DNA of 64,000 bases from Capsulimonadaceae bacterium (GCA_965215505.1 OZ244065.1:3872001-3936000), one strand, 5' to 3'. Shown: positions 1 through 10,291, numbered from the stretch's first letter. The notes: generated by a model from the letters alone, not told the origin. A program made the numbers and translations.

Positions 1-1254
1 TGGTTCCGCAACCCCCAAGCGCAGGTGTCCTCGCACTACGTCGTGGACGGCCACACCGGGCAGGTCACCCAGATGGTGCGCGAGCGCGACATCGCCTGGC
101 ACGCCGGGGACCACGTCACCAACTTCCGCTCCATCGGGATCGAACACGAGGGCTTCGCCTACCGGCCCGGCTTCTTCAACCCGCTCGAATACGAGGCGTC
201 GGCCCACCTGGTCCGCGCCATCGCCCTGCGCTACGGCATCCCGCGCGACCGCACCCATATCATCGGGCACTTCGAAGTGCCGGACACGGCCCACCCCGGC
301 CATTTCGGGGGGCGCAACGGCCACACCGACCCCGGCCCATACTGGGACTGGGACTACTTCATGGCCCTGGTCCGCGACGACGCGGCTTTGGCCCAGGGCG
401 GTGTCCCCGCCGCGCCCATCATCCTGCATCCGGGCGAGGCGGTCCCGGCGTCGTTCGTCCTGTCCAACACGGGCGACGACGCCTGGCCCGCCGACCCCGA
501 CGCGGCCTCGGCCGCGGCCCTGCGGAGCGCGGGGCCGGTCTACCTGGGCCGGTGGGAGCCGGGCACGGGCGAGACGGTCTGGGGCGGCGGCAGCGCGTTC
601 TCCGGGCCGGACTGGGTCAGCCCGCGCTTTGCCGCCTCGCCCGCCGGAGGCGACACCGCGCCGGGAACGTCGGGCCGGTTCGTCGTGATGCTCCACGCGC
701 CGCCCGCCGTCTTCGGCCCGGTTTCCGAGACGTTCCGGCTGTACAAAGTGCCGCCCGCCCCGCGCCTGCCGGTCCCGTTCGGCCCGGTCCTGACCGTTTC
801 GGCCCGCGTCGTGCCGTGGGAGGTCCGGGCCGACCCGCCCGCCGCGCCGCCTGGGTGGGCAGCGAAGACACTTCCAGGCGGTTCGCGGGCGCTCTGGCGC
901 GGGAGCGCCGCGCCAAGCCCGGCATCGCCCCGCCCGGTGCAGTGGCAGGCCGTCCTGCCGGTGGCAGGCTCGTGGGACGTGTCCGTCCGCTGGCCGACGG
1001 GGCCGGGGCGGACCGACCGGGCCACTTATGCCGTTTCGGGCAAGACGTTCCGGGTGGACCAGCGCCGGGGCGGCGGGATGTGGCACAGCCTGGGCCGCTT
1101 CCGGTTCGGCGGCCTGCCGGCCGTCGCGGACGTCCGGCCCGGTGCGCCCGTCCCCGCCCCGCCGCCGGTCGTCGGGGCGGTCACCCTGCTGCCGGGGGGG
1201 ATGTCGCCGGGCGTCCTGGTCGCCGGGGAGGTGCGCTTCGTCGGCCCGTACTGA
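1..1254 (+). CDS. N-acetylmuramoyl-L-alanine amidase (Amidase_2/AmpD-like) with C-terminal Ig-like and golvesin-like accessory domains; 5'-truncated by the window edge
   Basis: Frame open from base 1 (WFRNPQAQVSSHYVV). Motifs SSHY, AWHAG, SIGIEHEG, IIGH and HTDPG are typical of zinc amidases. The C-terminal WDVSVRWP...VDQR...WHSLGRF resembles golvesin-like domains. Confidence 0.85.
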   Translation, partial: WFRNPQAQVSSHYVVDGHTGQVTQMVRERDIAWHAGDHVTNFRSIGIEHEGFAYRPGFFNPLEYEASAHLVRAIALRYGIPRDRTHIIGHFEVPDTAHPGHFGGRNGHTDPGPYWDWDYFMALVRDDAALAQGGVPAAPIILHPGEAVPASFVLSNTGDDAWPADPDAASAAALRSAGPVYLGRWEPGTGETVWGGGSAFSGPDWVSPRFAASPAGGDTAPGTSGRFVVMLHAPPAVFGPVSETFRLYKVPPAPRLPVPFGPVLTVSARVVPWEVRADPPAAPPGWAAKTLPGGSRALWRGSAAPSPASPRPVQWQAVLPVAGSWDVSVRWPTGPGRTDRATYAVSGKTFRVDQRRGGGMWHSLGRFRFGGLPAVADVRPGAPVPAPPPVVGAVTLLPGGMSPGVLVAGEVRFVGPY

Positions 1255-1345
1255 GGGCGGGCCGACAGGATTAAACACGAAACCGATGGGGGAACATATC
1301 AGACTGAGGGAAGCCGTGAGCATAGAGGGCGGGGATACAGGGGAT

Positions 1346-2908
1346 ATGTTTCATAAGATTGACGCCGCCTCGACGGACATCGCGGAGGCCCCGCACCGCG
1401 CGGACGGACCGGACACGAAGGGCAACCGGGCGGCGACCGGGATCACGGGCCTGGACGACATCCTGGGCGGTGGCCTGCCGTGCAGCCGGCTGTACCTCGT
1501 CCAGGGCTACCCCGGCACCGGCAAGACCACGCTGGCGCTCCAGTTCCTGCGCGAAGGGCAGCAGGCGGGCGAGGCGGGCCTGTATATCACACTGGCCGAG
1601 AGCGCCGAGGAGCTGCGGGCCACGGCGGTCTCGCACGGCTGGGGGCCGGACGACATCGAGATCCACGAACACCTGCCGGCCACTCAGCTCACCCCCGAGG
1701 CGCAGCACACCCTGTTCCATTCCGACGAGGTGGACCTGTCCGAGACGGTCACCGCGCTGCTCCAGGTCATCGAGCGCGCCCAGCCCAAGCGCCTGGTCCT
1801 CGACTCGCTCTCCGAACTCCAGCTGCTGGCCGGGAACCCGTTGCGCTATCGTCGTGAGGTCCTCGCGCTCAAGGACTACTTCGCGCACCGCGACTGCACC
1901 GTCCTCCTGCTGGACGACCGGACCATGAAGGACGGGGACACGCAGCTCCAGAGCCTGTGCCACGGGGTCCTGCTCCTGGAAGGGAAGACGCCCGATTACG
2001 GGGCGGAGCGGCGGCGGCTGCGGGTCACCAAGCTGCGCGGGCTGCGGTTCCGGGGGGGCTGGCACGACTACGCCATCGAGACGGGGGGGCTTCAGGTCTA
2101 CCCCCGGCTGATCGCCGCCGAGTACCGGGAGCAGTCCCTGACGGATCAGGCCGAGAGCGGCGTCCCCGCCCTGGACGCCATGTTCGAGGGCGGGCTGGAC
2201 CGGGGGACGACGACGCTGCTGATGGGGCCTTCCGGGACCGGCAAGTCCAGCGTCGCCACCCGCTTCGCCGTCGCGGCGGCCGGCCGGGGCGAGCGCACGG
2301 CCATGTACATCTTCGACGAGCGCCCGGCCACCCTGTTCGCCCGCTCCCAGGGGCTGGGGATGGACCTGCAAGGGGCAGTCTCCTCGGGGCTTGTCTCGGT
2401 CCAGCCCGTTGACGTGGCCGAGCTGACGCCCGGCGAATTCGCCCAGGCCGTGCGGCACGGGGTCGAGAATGAGGGGGTGCGCCTGGTCATCATTGACAGC
2501 CTGGCGGGGTACACGCACGCGATGCCCGAGACCCACTCCCTGCTGCTGCACCTGCACGAGCTCCTGACCTACCTGGGCCAGAAGGGGGTCACGACGCTGC
2601 TGGCGATCACGCAGCACGGCATGCTGGGGGCCGCAGTGACGGGCGACGTGGACGTCAGCTACCTCGCGGACAACGTGCTGCTGTTCCGGTATTACGAGTT
2701 CGGCGGCGAGGTCTGCAAGGCGGTTTCCGTCTTCAAGCGCCGGGCGGGGCCGCACGAGTACGCGATCCGCGGCCTGGCCCTGGGCGGCGCGGAGGGCATC
2801 AGCGTCGGGGAGCCTTTGACGGCCTTCCGGGGCGTCCTGACCGGCGTTCCCGTCTACGACAAGGCGCTGCCGACGGGCATGGACGAGGGACGCTTCGGTG
2901 AAAATTGA
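1346..2908 (+). CDS. KaiC-like double-domain RecA-superfamily ATPase
   Basis: Two ATPase halves: TGITGLDDILGGG / GYPGTGKT / LVLDSL and SGVPALD / GPSGTGKS / VIIDSL; VSYLADN at the KaiC phosphosite position. Start ATG 1346 chosen from the upstream AGGGG; ATG 1286 is an alternative. Confidence 0.9.
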   Translation: MFHKIDAASTDIAEAPHRADGPDTKGNRAATGITGLDDILGGGLPCSRLYLVQGYPGTGKTTLALQFLREGQQAGEAGLYITLAESAEELRATAVSHGWGPDDIEIHEHLPATQLTPEAQHTLFHSDEVDLSETVTALLQVIERAQPKRLVLDSLSELQLLAGNPLRYRREVLALKDYFAHRDCTVLLLDDRTMKDGDTQLQSLCHGVLLLEGKTPDYGAERRRLRVTKLRGLRFRGGWHDYAIETGGLQVYPRLIAAEYREQSLTDQAESGVPALDAMFEGGLDRGTTTLLMGPSGTGKSSVATRFAVAAAGRGERTAMYIFDERPATLFARSQGLGMDLQGAVSSGLVSVQPVDVAELTPGEFAQAVRHGVENEGVRLVIIDSLAGYTHAMPETHSLLLHLHELLTYLGQKGVTTLLAITQHGMLGAAVTGDVDVSYLADNVLLFRYYEFGGEVCKAVSVFKRRAGPHEYAIRGLALGGAEGISVGEPLTAFRGVLTGVPVYDKALPTGMDEGRFGEN

Positions 2909-3908
2909 TGTCCCGGCCCTGGACGGCGGGGACGCTCTGCGGAAGCGCGTCCTGATCCTCGCACCGACCGGACGCGACGCCGCGCTGGCCTGCGAGGCTT
3001 TGGCGGGGGCGGGCCTCAGCGCCGAGGCCTGCGCCGACATGGGTGCCCTCTGCCGGGAGGTGGCGGCGGGGGCGGGGGCCGCCCTGATCGCGACCGAGGC
3101 GCTGACTCCGGAGTCCATGCTCCTGCTCCGGGCGACGCTGGGCCTCCAGCCGCCCTGGTCGGACCTGCCGGTCATCATCCTGACGTCGGGCGGCCGGGAG
3201 CCGTCGGGCAAGGGGCGTCTGGCCCAGGCGCTGGACGCCCTGGGCAACACGACCCTGCTGGAACGGCCCCTGCGGGTGGCGACGCTGGTCCATGCCGCCC
3301 AGGCCGCGCTGGGGGCGCGGCGGCGGCAGTACGAGGTGCAAGGCCACCTGGAAGAACACGTCCGGCTGGAGGCCGAGCTGCAAGCCGAATACCGCAAGCA
3401 GCGCGTCTTCCTGCGCGACGTGCTGGCGAGCGTCACCGGGGGCCGCCTGAACCTGTGCGACTCGCGGGCCGACCTGCCCGCCCCGCTGCCCGCCGTGGGC
3501 AACTCTATCTCCCTGTCCCGGACGCAGGGCTTGTACGCGCTGCGCCAGGCGGCCAAGCGGGCCGCGCTGGCTTCGGGCTTCGCGGACGAGCGCTGGCAGG
3601 ACCTGGTCACGGCGGTCAGCGAGGCGGCCATGAACGCCGCCGTCCACGCCGGGGGCGGGGAGGGCCGCGTCTGCGTGGGCGAAACGGGAACCGTGCAGGT
3701 CTGGGTGCGCGACCACGGCCGGGGCATTGACGTGGAGAACCTGCCCCGTGCGGCCCTCGCCAAAGGCTACACCACGGCCGGCAGCCTGGGCCACGGCATG
3801 AAGATGATGCTGGAAAGCACGGACCGCCTGTGGCTCCTGACCAGCCCCGAGGGCACCACGGTCGTCATGGAGCAGGACCGCCTGCCCCCCGCGCCGACGT
3901 GGTACTGA
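2898..3908 (+). CDS. Receiver-like N-terminal domain fused to an RsbW-type (HATPase_c) anti-sigma-factor kinase
   Basis: Overlaps the KaiC-like stop. The N-terminus RVLILAPTGRDA...PPWSDLPVIILT is typical of KaiC-linked sensor proteins. C-terminal AVSEAAMNAAVHA, VRDHGRGI and SLGHGM are N/G-box motifs. Confidence 0.75.
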   Translation: MKIDVPALDGGDALRKRVLILAPTGRDAALACEALAGAGLSAEACADMGALCREVAAGAGAALIATEALTPESMLLLRATLGLQPPWSDLPVIILTSGGREPSGKGRLAQALDALGNTTLLERPLRVATLVHAAQAALGARRRQYEVQGHLEEHVRLEAELQAEYRKQRVFLRDVLASVTGGRLNLCDSRADLPAPLPAVGNSISLSRTQGLYALRQAAKRAALASGFADERWQDLVTAVSEAAMNAAVHAGGGEGRVCVGETGTVQVWVRDHGRGIDVENLPRAALAKGYTTAGSLGHGMKMMLESTDRLWLLTSPEGTTVVMEQDRLPPAPTWY

Positions 3909-3971
3909 GGCGGGGTGTTCCGGTTGGGTGATCGTGGCCCGGTCTGGGGTGTCCCGTCCCGGCGCGATCGT

Positions 3972-4151
3972 CCCGGCCCTGAAGGGCCGGTCTAAGGTTT
4001 TATTGGGGTATTCCCGGCTCCGCCGGTGGGCCGCCCGCTTCGGGGCTTCGGACAACATCATCCTGCGTATTGTAGGGGCGCTGCTCGCCGCGCCCTCTTC
4101 TCCGCGCGCCTTCTTCTCCATCCGTGTGGACCGGCGGTTTAACGCCGGGAC
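3972..4151. repeat. Composite REP/BIME-like palindromic element
   Basis: CCCGGCCCTGAAGGGCCGG, TTCCCGGCT-CGCCGGTGGGCCGCCC-TTCGGGGCTTCGGA and GTAGGGGCG..CGCCCT modules that recur at about 18.0, 21.4, 26.5 and 61.7 kb. Confidence 0.85.
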
Positions 4152-4153
4152 TG

Positions 4154-6019
4154 TCAGAACCGCAGGAACATGAGGTTCGGCGTGGCCGTCGAGCCGCCCG
4201 CTAGCTCCACCCCGAAGGCGTTGCTCCCGAAAATCTCCATCTTGTTCCTGACATACAGCAGCAGCAGATGGCCAAACTTGTCGAACGTCCCGGCGGCAGC
4301 ACCGGGATAGCCCCACGACATCGTTGCGACGTTCGAGCGGGAACTGGTGTTCGTGGAATGGAATGCCAGCCGCCCCGTGTTGTTGGTGACGTTGACGGGC
4401 GTACTCCACGGGCCGCCGCTGCTCATCGAGACGTACAGCTCCTCGTCTGTCTTCTTGCCGGTGTCGTTCATGTGCATGATCGCCACCATCCGGCCTGCGG
4501 GACCCTGGAACGCCTCCATGCCGAGCAGCTTGCCGCCCGTTCCTTTCACGGCGCGGATGGTCTTCGGCTCAGAATCGCTGCCCACCGTGTAGTCGCGGAC
4601 GTTCGGCTGCTCGCCGCGCGGATACAGCGTGATGATGTGTTTCCGACCCTCGGCATCCACCAGCAGGGTGGGGGGATAGGACCAGTATTCAAAGACGGAA
4701 CCCGGCAGATCAACCCCAGGCGTCTGCCCGCCGTTCTCAATCAGCCGGAAATGGTTCCCCTCCCCGCCGCGCGCGGGTGCGACGAGGCTGACGAAGTGCG
4801 GCTGCCCCGATGCGTCCACATACCCATTGAGCATGTCCAGTCCGTCGCAGACGGGTCCCATCTGGTTCGAGGTCACAGGGGGAAGGTAGACCTGACGCGG
4901 CGGGGTGGGCGTGGTGCCGTCCAGAGTCGCCTCCATCACCATGCCGATGCCAACATCCGCCGAGTTCTGGGTCGGCGAGAACTTCACTTCGGGGTGCAGG
5001 ATGGCCGGGTCCTCGTTCCAGAAAACGTGAACCGCCCCGGCGGGATCGGTCGCGACGAAATAGGAGGCCGAGCCGATCATCTGGTTCGTGTTGGTCGCCA
5101 TCTGGTGGATGGGGATCGCCCTGCCGCTCCACTGCCCGCCGCTGAGGACGCGGTACACGAGGTTGTTGGAGCCGCTGGACGCATGCGGGACGATGTCGGC
5201 GGGATTATACTGGGCCGAGCCGACGCGCCAGATGACGTAGACCCGTCCCGCGCGGTCGGCGGCGACCTGACAGCTCCCGACTTTCAGGTCGGGCATGACT
5301 TCGGAGAGGTTTTTGGCCTCGCTCCACGTCCTGCCCCCGTCCGAACTCGACCGGTGGTAGATGTCACATTCGATGCCGCGCGCCTGCTGCTCGAAGAACG
5401 CGACATGGATGACTCCGTCCGGCGCGACGACGATGGACGGACTCTGGATGTTGGTGTCGTGCTTTGAGATCTTGACCCCGTCAATGGGGACGCCGCCCGC
5501 CGAGGCGACCGCCAGGCCGCCGTATTTGTTGGCGTGGACGAGGGCCGACCTGTCGAGCGGCGGGGGCGGCGTGCCCGGCGGGGGCGGCGTGCCCGCCGGT
5601 GCCGCCGATGCCGGGGCGGGCTGGTTCTGGGCCGCCGTCCCCGGCGCTGCTGGGGCGTCGGCCGGCGCGGCGGGTGGCGTCTTCAGGCCTGCCAGCAGGG
5701 CGTTTGCATAGTTCTCGTACATGGACGCCGACTTCTTCAGGGCCTCCGCCTGCTCCGCCGACTGCCCCTTCGCCCCGAACGCCTTGGCGGCCCGGCCGTA
5801 CACCTGCGCGGCCTGCTGCCACTGCTTGTCGGTCTCCAGCGCAGCGGCCTGATGCATCAGAGTCGCCGGGTCGGTGGAAGCCGCTGGGGCCGCCGACGCC
5901 GCAGCCGGACTTAGAATTTGCAGTGCCAATAGCGGCACCGGACACAACACGAAGTGGCTCAACACGACCGCCCCGAGCCGGGCGACCGTTGCCGCCGACC
6001 GTTGCCTGCTTGCCCCCAT
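4154..6019 (-). CDS. Secreted protein with a helical N-terminal domain, Pro/Ala linker and BNR/Asp-box (sialidase-like beta-propeller) domain
   Basis: Signal-peptide-like N-terminus, Asp-box SSDGGRTWS and repeated 'DxxGxxHV/I' blade motifs. Confidence 0.6.
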   Translation of the reverse strand: MGASRQRSAATVARLGAVVLSHFVLCPVPLLALQILSPAAASAAPAASTDPATLMHQAAALETDKQWQQAAQVYGRAAKAFGAKGQSAEQAEALKKSASMYENYANALLAGLKTPPAAPADAPAAPGTAAQNQPAPASAAPAGTPPPPGTPPPPLDRSALVHANKYGGLAVASAGGVPIDGVKISKHDTNIQSPSIVVAPDGVIHVAFFEQQARGIECDIYHRSSSDGGRTWSEAKNLSEVMPDLKVGSCQVAADRAGRVYVIWRVGSAQYNPADIVPHASSGSNNLVYRVLSGGQWSGRAIPIHQMATNTNQMIGSASYFVATDPAGAVHVFWNEDPAILHPEVKFSPTQNSADVGIGMVMEATLDGTTPTPPRQVYLPPVTSNQMGPVCDGLDMLNGYVDASGQPHFVSLVAPARGGEGNHFRLIENGGQTPGVDLPGSVFEYWSYPPTLLVDAEGRKHIITLYPRGEQPNVRDYTVGSDSEPKTIRAVKGTGGKLLGMEAFQGPAGRMVAIMHMNDTGKKTDEELYVSMSSGGPWSTPVNVTNNTGRLAFHSTNTSSRSNVATMSWGYPGAAAGTFDKFGHLLLLYVRNKMEIFGSNAFGVELAGGSTATPNLMFLRF

Positions 6020-6127
6020 ATTTTCCGTCCTCCTGAGACTCCCCTATGGGTCGTCTCCCTGCACACCCATTAGCCACCTGCCACTAAGTCTCCTCCTTCG
6101 GCACCCGCCGCACACCGATGGGACTTT

Positions 6128-8602
6128 CTACGCCTCGACTAGCTCGACGAATTTGGCGGGGAGGACAACGGGCTTGCCGCGCGTGAACTGGATCTCGAGG
6201 CGGGGGCTGAGGCGGTCGCCCCGGACGGCGAGGATGACGCCGACGCCGTGCTGGGGGTGGTGGACGCGGCCCCCGACGTGGACGCCGCCGGGGCGGAAGG
6301 CGGTGCGTCCCGGCGCGGGGGCGGCTTCGGGGGGCTTGGGGGCGTGGTCGGCGAGGTCCGGGAAGGCGTCCGGGTCGGGCGGCGGGGCGGGCAGGAGGGC
6401 GGCCCAGGCCGTCCGGTGCGCCTCGGTCAGTCCCAGGGGCGCGGAGAGGTTCTGGCGGGCGGCGGCATCAAGGAGGGCGTGGAGGCGGGCGGCGGCGGCC
6501 TGGGCCTGGGCGGGCGCGATGTCCCACCAGGTCCCGAAATAGCGTTCCAGGCCCAGCGCGGACGTGTGGCGGGCGAGGGCCAGGACGTCGGCGGTCTGCC
6601 ACGAGGCGGGGTCGCGGGCGACCAGGGTTTTGACCTGACGGACGGCGTCCAGGGTGCCGCGCCAGTCGGCCTCGGCCAAAAACTGCGAGGGCGGTTCGGT
6701 GCGGACCATGTGCAGGTGCAGCCGCGACTGGGTGCGGGTGAGGGCGACGTAGAACAAGCGCCGCTCCTCCTCGACCTCGTCCGGGCCGCCGTAGGGGAAG
6801 ATGCCCTGGTTGCAGTCGGGGACGAAGACGATTGGCCACTGGAGTCCTTTGGCCCGGAAGACGGTCAGCAGCGAGACGGAGTCCGCCGCCGACGTCCGGC
6901 CCTGGCCGACGCCCCGCGCGGCCAGGTCGTCCAGGTGGGCGAGCAGGGCGGCGGGGGTGCTTAGGCCCTGGGCGTAGCGCAGGAATGCCTCGACATTGGC
7001 CGCGCGGGCGGCCCCCGTCTCGGGGAAGCCGCTCGACCGGCGCAGATAGTCGGTGTAGCCGATCTTGCGGTCCAGCAGTGTCAGGGCGGCCCCGGCGGGC
7101 AGGGTGTCCAATGCGCCCGCCAGCCATGTCAGTGTCTCGGCCAGGTCCAGCAGGCGCGACCCCAGGTGGTCGGAGGCGGATTTGGCGGCCTCGGCCAAGG
7201 CCCCAGCCAGTGTCCCGCCGCGCCGGACGGTCTGGGCGATTGCCTCGGCGGCGACGCGCGAGAAATAGCGGGTGGGCTTGTTGGCGATCCGGTGCCAGCG
7301 CGTCTCCCAGTCCTGGGGCGTGTCCCCGCGCTCCATCTGGGCCAGCCGCAGATAGTCCAGCAGGGTCAGGACCTCGGGGCGGGCGTAGAACGGGCTGCTG
7401 CCGACGACCCGGTAGGGCAGGCCCGCCTCCAGAAACGCCTGCTCCAAGTACGGCGTCTGGGCGTACAGCCGGACCAGGACGGCGACCTCAGCGGCCCGGT
7501 GTCCCGCCTCTAAAGCCTCCCGGACCAGGGCGGCGACGTGCCGGCCCTGCTTCTCCGGCGAGTCCTCGGTGTGGACCTGCAAGTCGCCGTCGAAGCCGCG
7601 CGTCAGCGACAGGCGCTTCGGCTCGCGCTTCCGGTTGCGCTCGATGACGCGGTTCGCCAGGGCGAGCGGGGCGGCGTGGGAGCGGAAGTTGTCGCGGATG
7701 AAGTAGCGGGCGGCGTTGTAGCGCCCGGCGAACGACAGGATCAGGCTGGGGTCGGCCCCGCGCCACTCGTAGATGGTCTGGTCGTCGTCCCCGATCCCCA
7801 TGTAGTTCCGGTCCGGGCCGGTCAGCAGATCTAAAATCTCGGACTGGACGCGGTTCACGTCCTGGAACTCGTCCACCAGCACGCACCGGAACCGACGTCT
7901 TGCTTCGGCCAGCACGTCCGGGAAGCGGTGCAGGCACTCCCACCCCGACAGCAGCATGTCGTCGAAGGTCAGGACGCGCTCCTGGGCGCGGACCCGCTCG
8001 TACAGCCCGTACAGGTCCCGATACCAGGGGAAGCCGGGCGGCGCGGGCGCCTGGGCGGCGAGGGCGCGGGCGGTCGGGGGCAGGCCCGCGCCCTCCAGGT
8101 CGGCGTACCAGAGGTTCGCCTTCATGACGCCGACATAGGTGAGGAAGTCGGGCCGGTCCAGCTCATCGAGTTCGGGCGCGTAGGCGACCTTCTCCCGCCA
8201 GGCGCGGGACAGAACGCGGCCCAGAAGCTGCGAGTCGGAGCTGTCCTCCTCGGACGACAGGCCGAGTTCCGGCAGGTGCCCGGCCCGCTGCGCCAGCCGG
8301 AGCAGGCCCCAGCCGACCGCGTGCAATGTCTGCACCTGGACGGGGGCGCAGTGCGGCCAGCGGGCGAGGGCGGCCTTGATGTCCGAGACGGAGGCTTTGC
8401 TGAAAGAAGTGGCGAGGATGGACCGGGCGGGGAAGACGCCTTCGCGCACCAGCCGCTCGATGCGGTGCGTCATAGCGGTGGTCTTGCCCGCGCCGGCCAC
8501 GGCGAAGACGAGGGCCGGCCCGCCGTCGTGGGCCACGATGGCGCGCTGCTCGTCGGTGAGCGGGGTGTCAGTGGGCGGAGTGTCGGTGGGGAAAGGGGTC
8601 AC
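6128..8602 (-). CDS. UvrD/PcrA-family ATP-dependent DNA helicase
   Basis: AVAGAGKT (Walker A), VDEFQD (Walker B), GDDDQTIYEWRGA, NFRS, TVFRAKGLQW and EERRLFYVALTR, plus a C-terminal Tudor-like VHHPQHGVG. GTG 8602 lies 6 nt after TATAAT. Confidence 0.95.
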   Translation of the reverse strand: MTPFPTDTPPTDTPLTDEQRAIVAHDGGPALVFAVAGAGKTTAMTHRIERLVREGVFPARSILATSFSKASVSDIKAALARWPHCAPVQVQTLHAVGWGLLRLAQRAGHLPELGLSSEEDSSDSQLLGRVLSRAWREKVAYAPELDELDRPDFLTYVGVMKANLWYADLEGAGLPPTARALAAQAPAPPGFPWYRDLYGLYERVRAQERVLTFDDMLLSGWECLHRFPDVLAEARRRFRCVLVDEFQDVNRVQSEILDLLTGPDRNYMGIGDDDQTIYEWRGADPSLILSFAGRYNAARYFIRDNFRSHAAPLALANRVIERNRKREPKRLSLTRGFDGDLQVHTEDSPEKQGRHVAALVREALEAGHRAAEVAVLVRLYAQTPYLEQAFLEAGLPYRVVGSSPFYARPEVLTLLDYLRLAQMERGDTPQDWETRWHRIANKPTRYFSRVAAEAIAQTVRRGGTLAGALAEAAKSASDHLGSRLLDLAETLTWLAGALDTLPAGAALTLLDRKIGYTDYLRRSSGFPETGAARAANVEAFLRYAQGLSTPAALLAHLDDLAARGVGQGRTSAADSVSLLTVFRAKGLQWPIVFVPDCNQGIFPYGGPDEVEEERRLFYVALTRTQSRLHLHMVRTEPPSQFLAEADWRGTLDAVRQVKTLVARDPASWQTADVLALARHTSALGLERYFGTWWDIAPAQAQAAAARLHALLDAAARQNLSAPLGLTEAHRTAWAALLPAPPPDPDAFPDLADHAPKPPEAAPAPGRTAFRPGGVHVGGRVHHPQHGVGVILAVRGDRLSPRLEIQFTRGKPVVLPAKFVELVEA

Positions 8603-8608
8603 GAGGAC

Positions 8609-8638
8609 ATTATACTGGCAAACCGCGTCCCGGCGCAA
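8609..8638 (-). promoter_or_regulatory. Sigma70-type promoter for the helicase gene, probably leaderless
   Basis: Minus strand reads TTGCGC-18 nt-TATAAT-6 nt-GTG. Confidence 0.6.
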
Positions 8639-8744
8639 GGGAACCGGTGCGGGAGGGCAGGCACGAGGCGAACCCGGCCCTGAAGGGCCGGGTCCTTCAC
8701 GGCCAGGTCCTTCACGGCCGGGAACGCGCGTGCCAGGCGGGACT

Positions 8745-9128
8745 TCAGTCCCCCATCCCCGACCCCGACGCGCCGGTCGGAGAGCCGCCGACCGTGCCGG
8801 TGCTGGGGACGGGCGTCCCGGACAGGCCGCCGGTGGGCGCGTCGCCCGACTCGGGGGCGTCCGCCGTGCCGGCCGCGTTCTCGGTGTTCGGCATGGCCGA
8901 CTGCGGCCCGCCGACCGCGCCCGCCGACTCTTCCAGCGAGTCGCCGCTGTTTGCGCCCGCGTCGTCCAGGCTGCCCGTGTCGCCGAGGCTGCCGGTGCCG
9001 CCCATCAGGACCTCAGCGCTGGGGACGGCCACGCCGCCGTTCGTCGGGCCGCCGCCGGTCGCGCCCGGCCCCGTCGCGGCGGGGCGGCTGCCGCCGGTCG
9101 CGGCCACTTCCGCTGCCTTGTCTGCCAT
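8745..9128 (-). CDS. Small acidic Gly/Ser/Thr-rich disordered protein (hydrophilin-like)
   Basis: 127 aa, no aromatic residues, GAGG upstream of the ATG, GC-rich third positions. Confidence 0.65.
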   Translation of the reverse strand: MADKAAEVAATGGSRPAATGPGATGGGPTNGGVAVPSAEVLMGGTGSLGDTGSLDDAGANSGDSLEESAGAVGGPQSAMPNTENAAGTADAPESGDAPTGGLSGTPVPSTGTVGGSPTGASGSGMGD

Positions 9129-9158
9129 CGTCGTCTTTCCTCTCTTGCTGCCGTCTCT

Positions 9159-9449
9159 TTACGCTTCCCCGACGCCGGTGCGCGTGCTGCCGTCGGTGTT
9201 GGGCGCGTCCACGCCGCCCGCGTCGGCGACGCCGGGGTCCATCTCCTCGCCGGTTTCGTCGGGGTCATAAGCGTCCGCCGTAAGCTGGTCCCCGGCGGGG
9301 ATGCTGTCCGCCGTCGGGCTGGGTCCCACCTGGCCGGTCGGGTTCGGGTCGCCGGGCATCGGCATGTCGGCGTCGCTGATGCCCTGCGGGGCGTCGGCCA
9401 GCTCGCGCACCAGGCGCTCTTTCAGGTCTTCGGTATAGTCTTCGCTCAC
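9159..9449 (-). CDS. Small acidic Asp/Pro-rich disordered protein
   Basis: GTG start preceded by AAAGGA; co-oriented with the previous gene. Confidence 0.65.
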   Translation of the reverse strand: MSEDYTEDLKERLVRELADAPQGISDADMPMPGDPNPTGQVGPSPTADSIPAGDQLTADAYDPDETGEEMDPGVADAGGVDAPNTDGSTRTGVGEA

Positions 9450-9839
9450 GGTAGGTCCTTTCGGGTGTCTCTGCGAGAGGTATACCCACAATCCTCCCGC
9501 CGCTTCCTCTAGGCTTGCCCCCATAACGTCCGGCTGCACTTCGTTGGGGCCAGACACCTGGCAGTCGCCTACTATCCAAGCGCCGCGCCAGGTAAGTGTC
9601 TAAGGCCATGTCCCGCTAATCAAAGCCGTCCGAGGCATCCATGTCCGAGTCTTCCCAATCAGGCAGGTCAGTTAGGCGGGCCTGTTAGAGCTAAAGAGGC
9701 GGATTCTCGTGGGGGTAATGTGCGGGGTCAGTACGATGCCCGCTATTTATCCGCGTGGCGGGTGAAAACGGGTGGTGGATTAGAAATTTCCAGAGTGCGG
9801 ACGTAATCTGGCGTTCAAAGTGAAGGCAATCAAGGAGTT

Positions 9840-10289
9840 CTAATCGATGTCTGTGATATCCCTCTCCTGATAAACGACAAAGATCGGATACTCTGTTACC
9901 GCTTTCCATTCGGCATCTTCCTTTGCCTCCCGGAGCGACAGCCTAACCATGTGTTCTCCTTCACCCTTAGTAGGAAAGGAGCGACCGTTGACGCTGATAC
10001 GCCCACTGCGTAACTTCATTTCGAGTGAGTGGAAGGCTCCCCCCATTTCCTCCCCATCGGGAGATATGACGATTACGCTCTGCTCGAAGCTTTTTCCTTC
10101 ATCTTCCGGCAATTTCCACCACACGGCCACCGCAGACCAGCGAACATCAACGCTCATTTCGCCCGGCTTGCTTTCGCCAAGTGGATAATAGCCAGCGACC
10201 CCTTCCAGCAAGGACACGAGCGTCAAATTGCCGTCGGAATTGTCCTCAATCACACGGGAACACACCGCAAACAGCATGAGGTGGGGCAT
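9840..10289 (-). CDS. DUF6941-like hypothetical protein (AT-rich islet)
   Basis: N-terminus 'FAVCSRVIEDNSDGNLTLVSLLE' and C-terminal 'FPTKGEGEH.VRL' match the pattern I recall for DUF6941. Confidence 0.6.
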   Translation of the reverse strand: MPHLMLFAVCSRVIEDNSDGNLTLVSLLEGVAGYYPLGESKPGEMSVDVRWSAVAVWWKLPEDEGKSFEQSVIVISPDGEEMGGAFHSLEMKLRSGRISVNGRSFPTKGEGEHMVRLSLREAKEDAEWKAVTEYPIFVVYQERDITDID

Positions 10290-10291
10290 GG

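Noticed and set aside
1346-2908. A true circadian clock (kaiABC)
   Set aside because: No kaiA or kaiB, and SY instead of the ST phosphosite pair; treated as a KaiC-like signalling ATPase.
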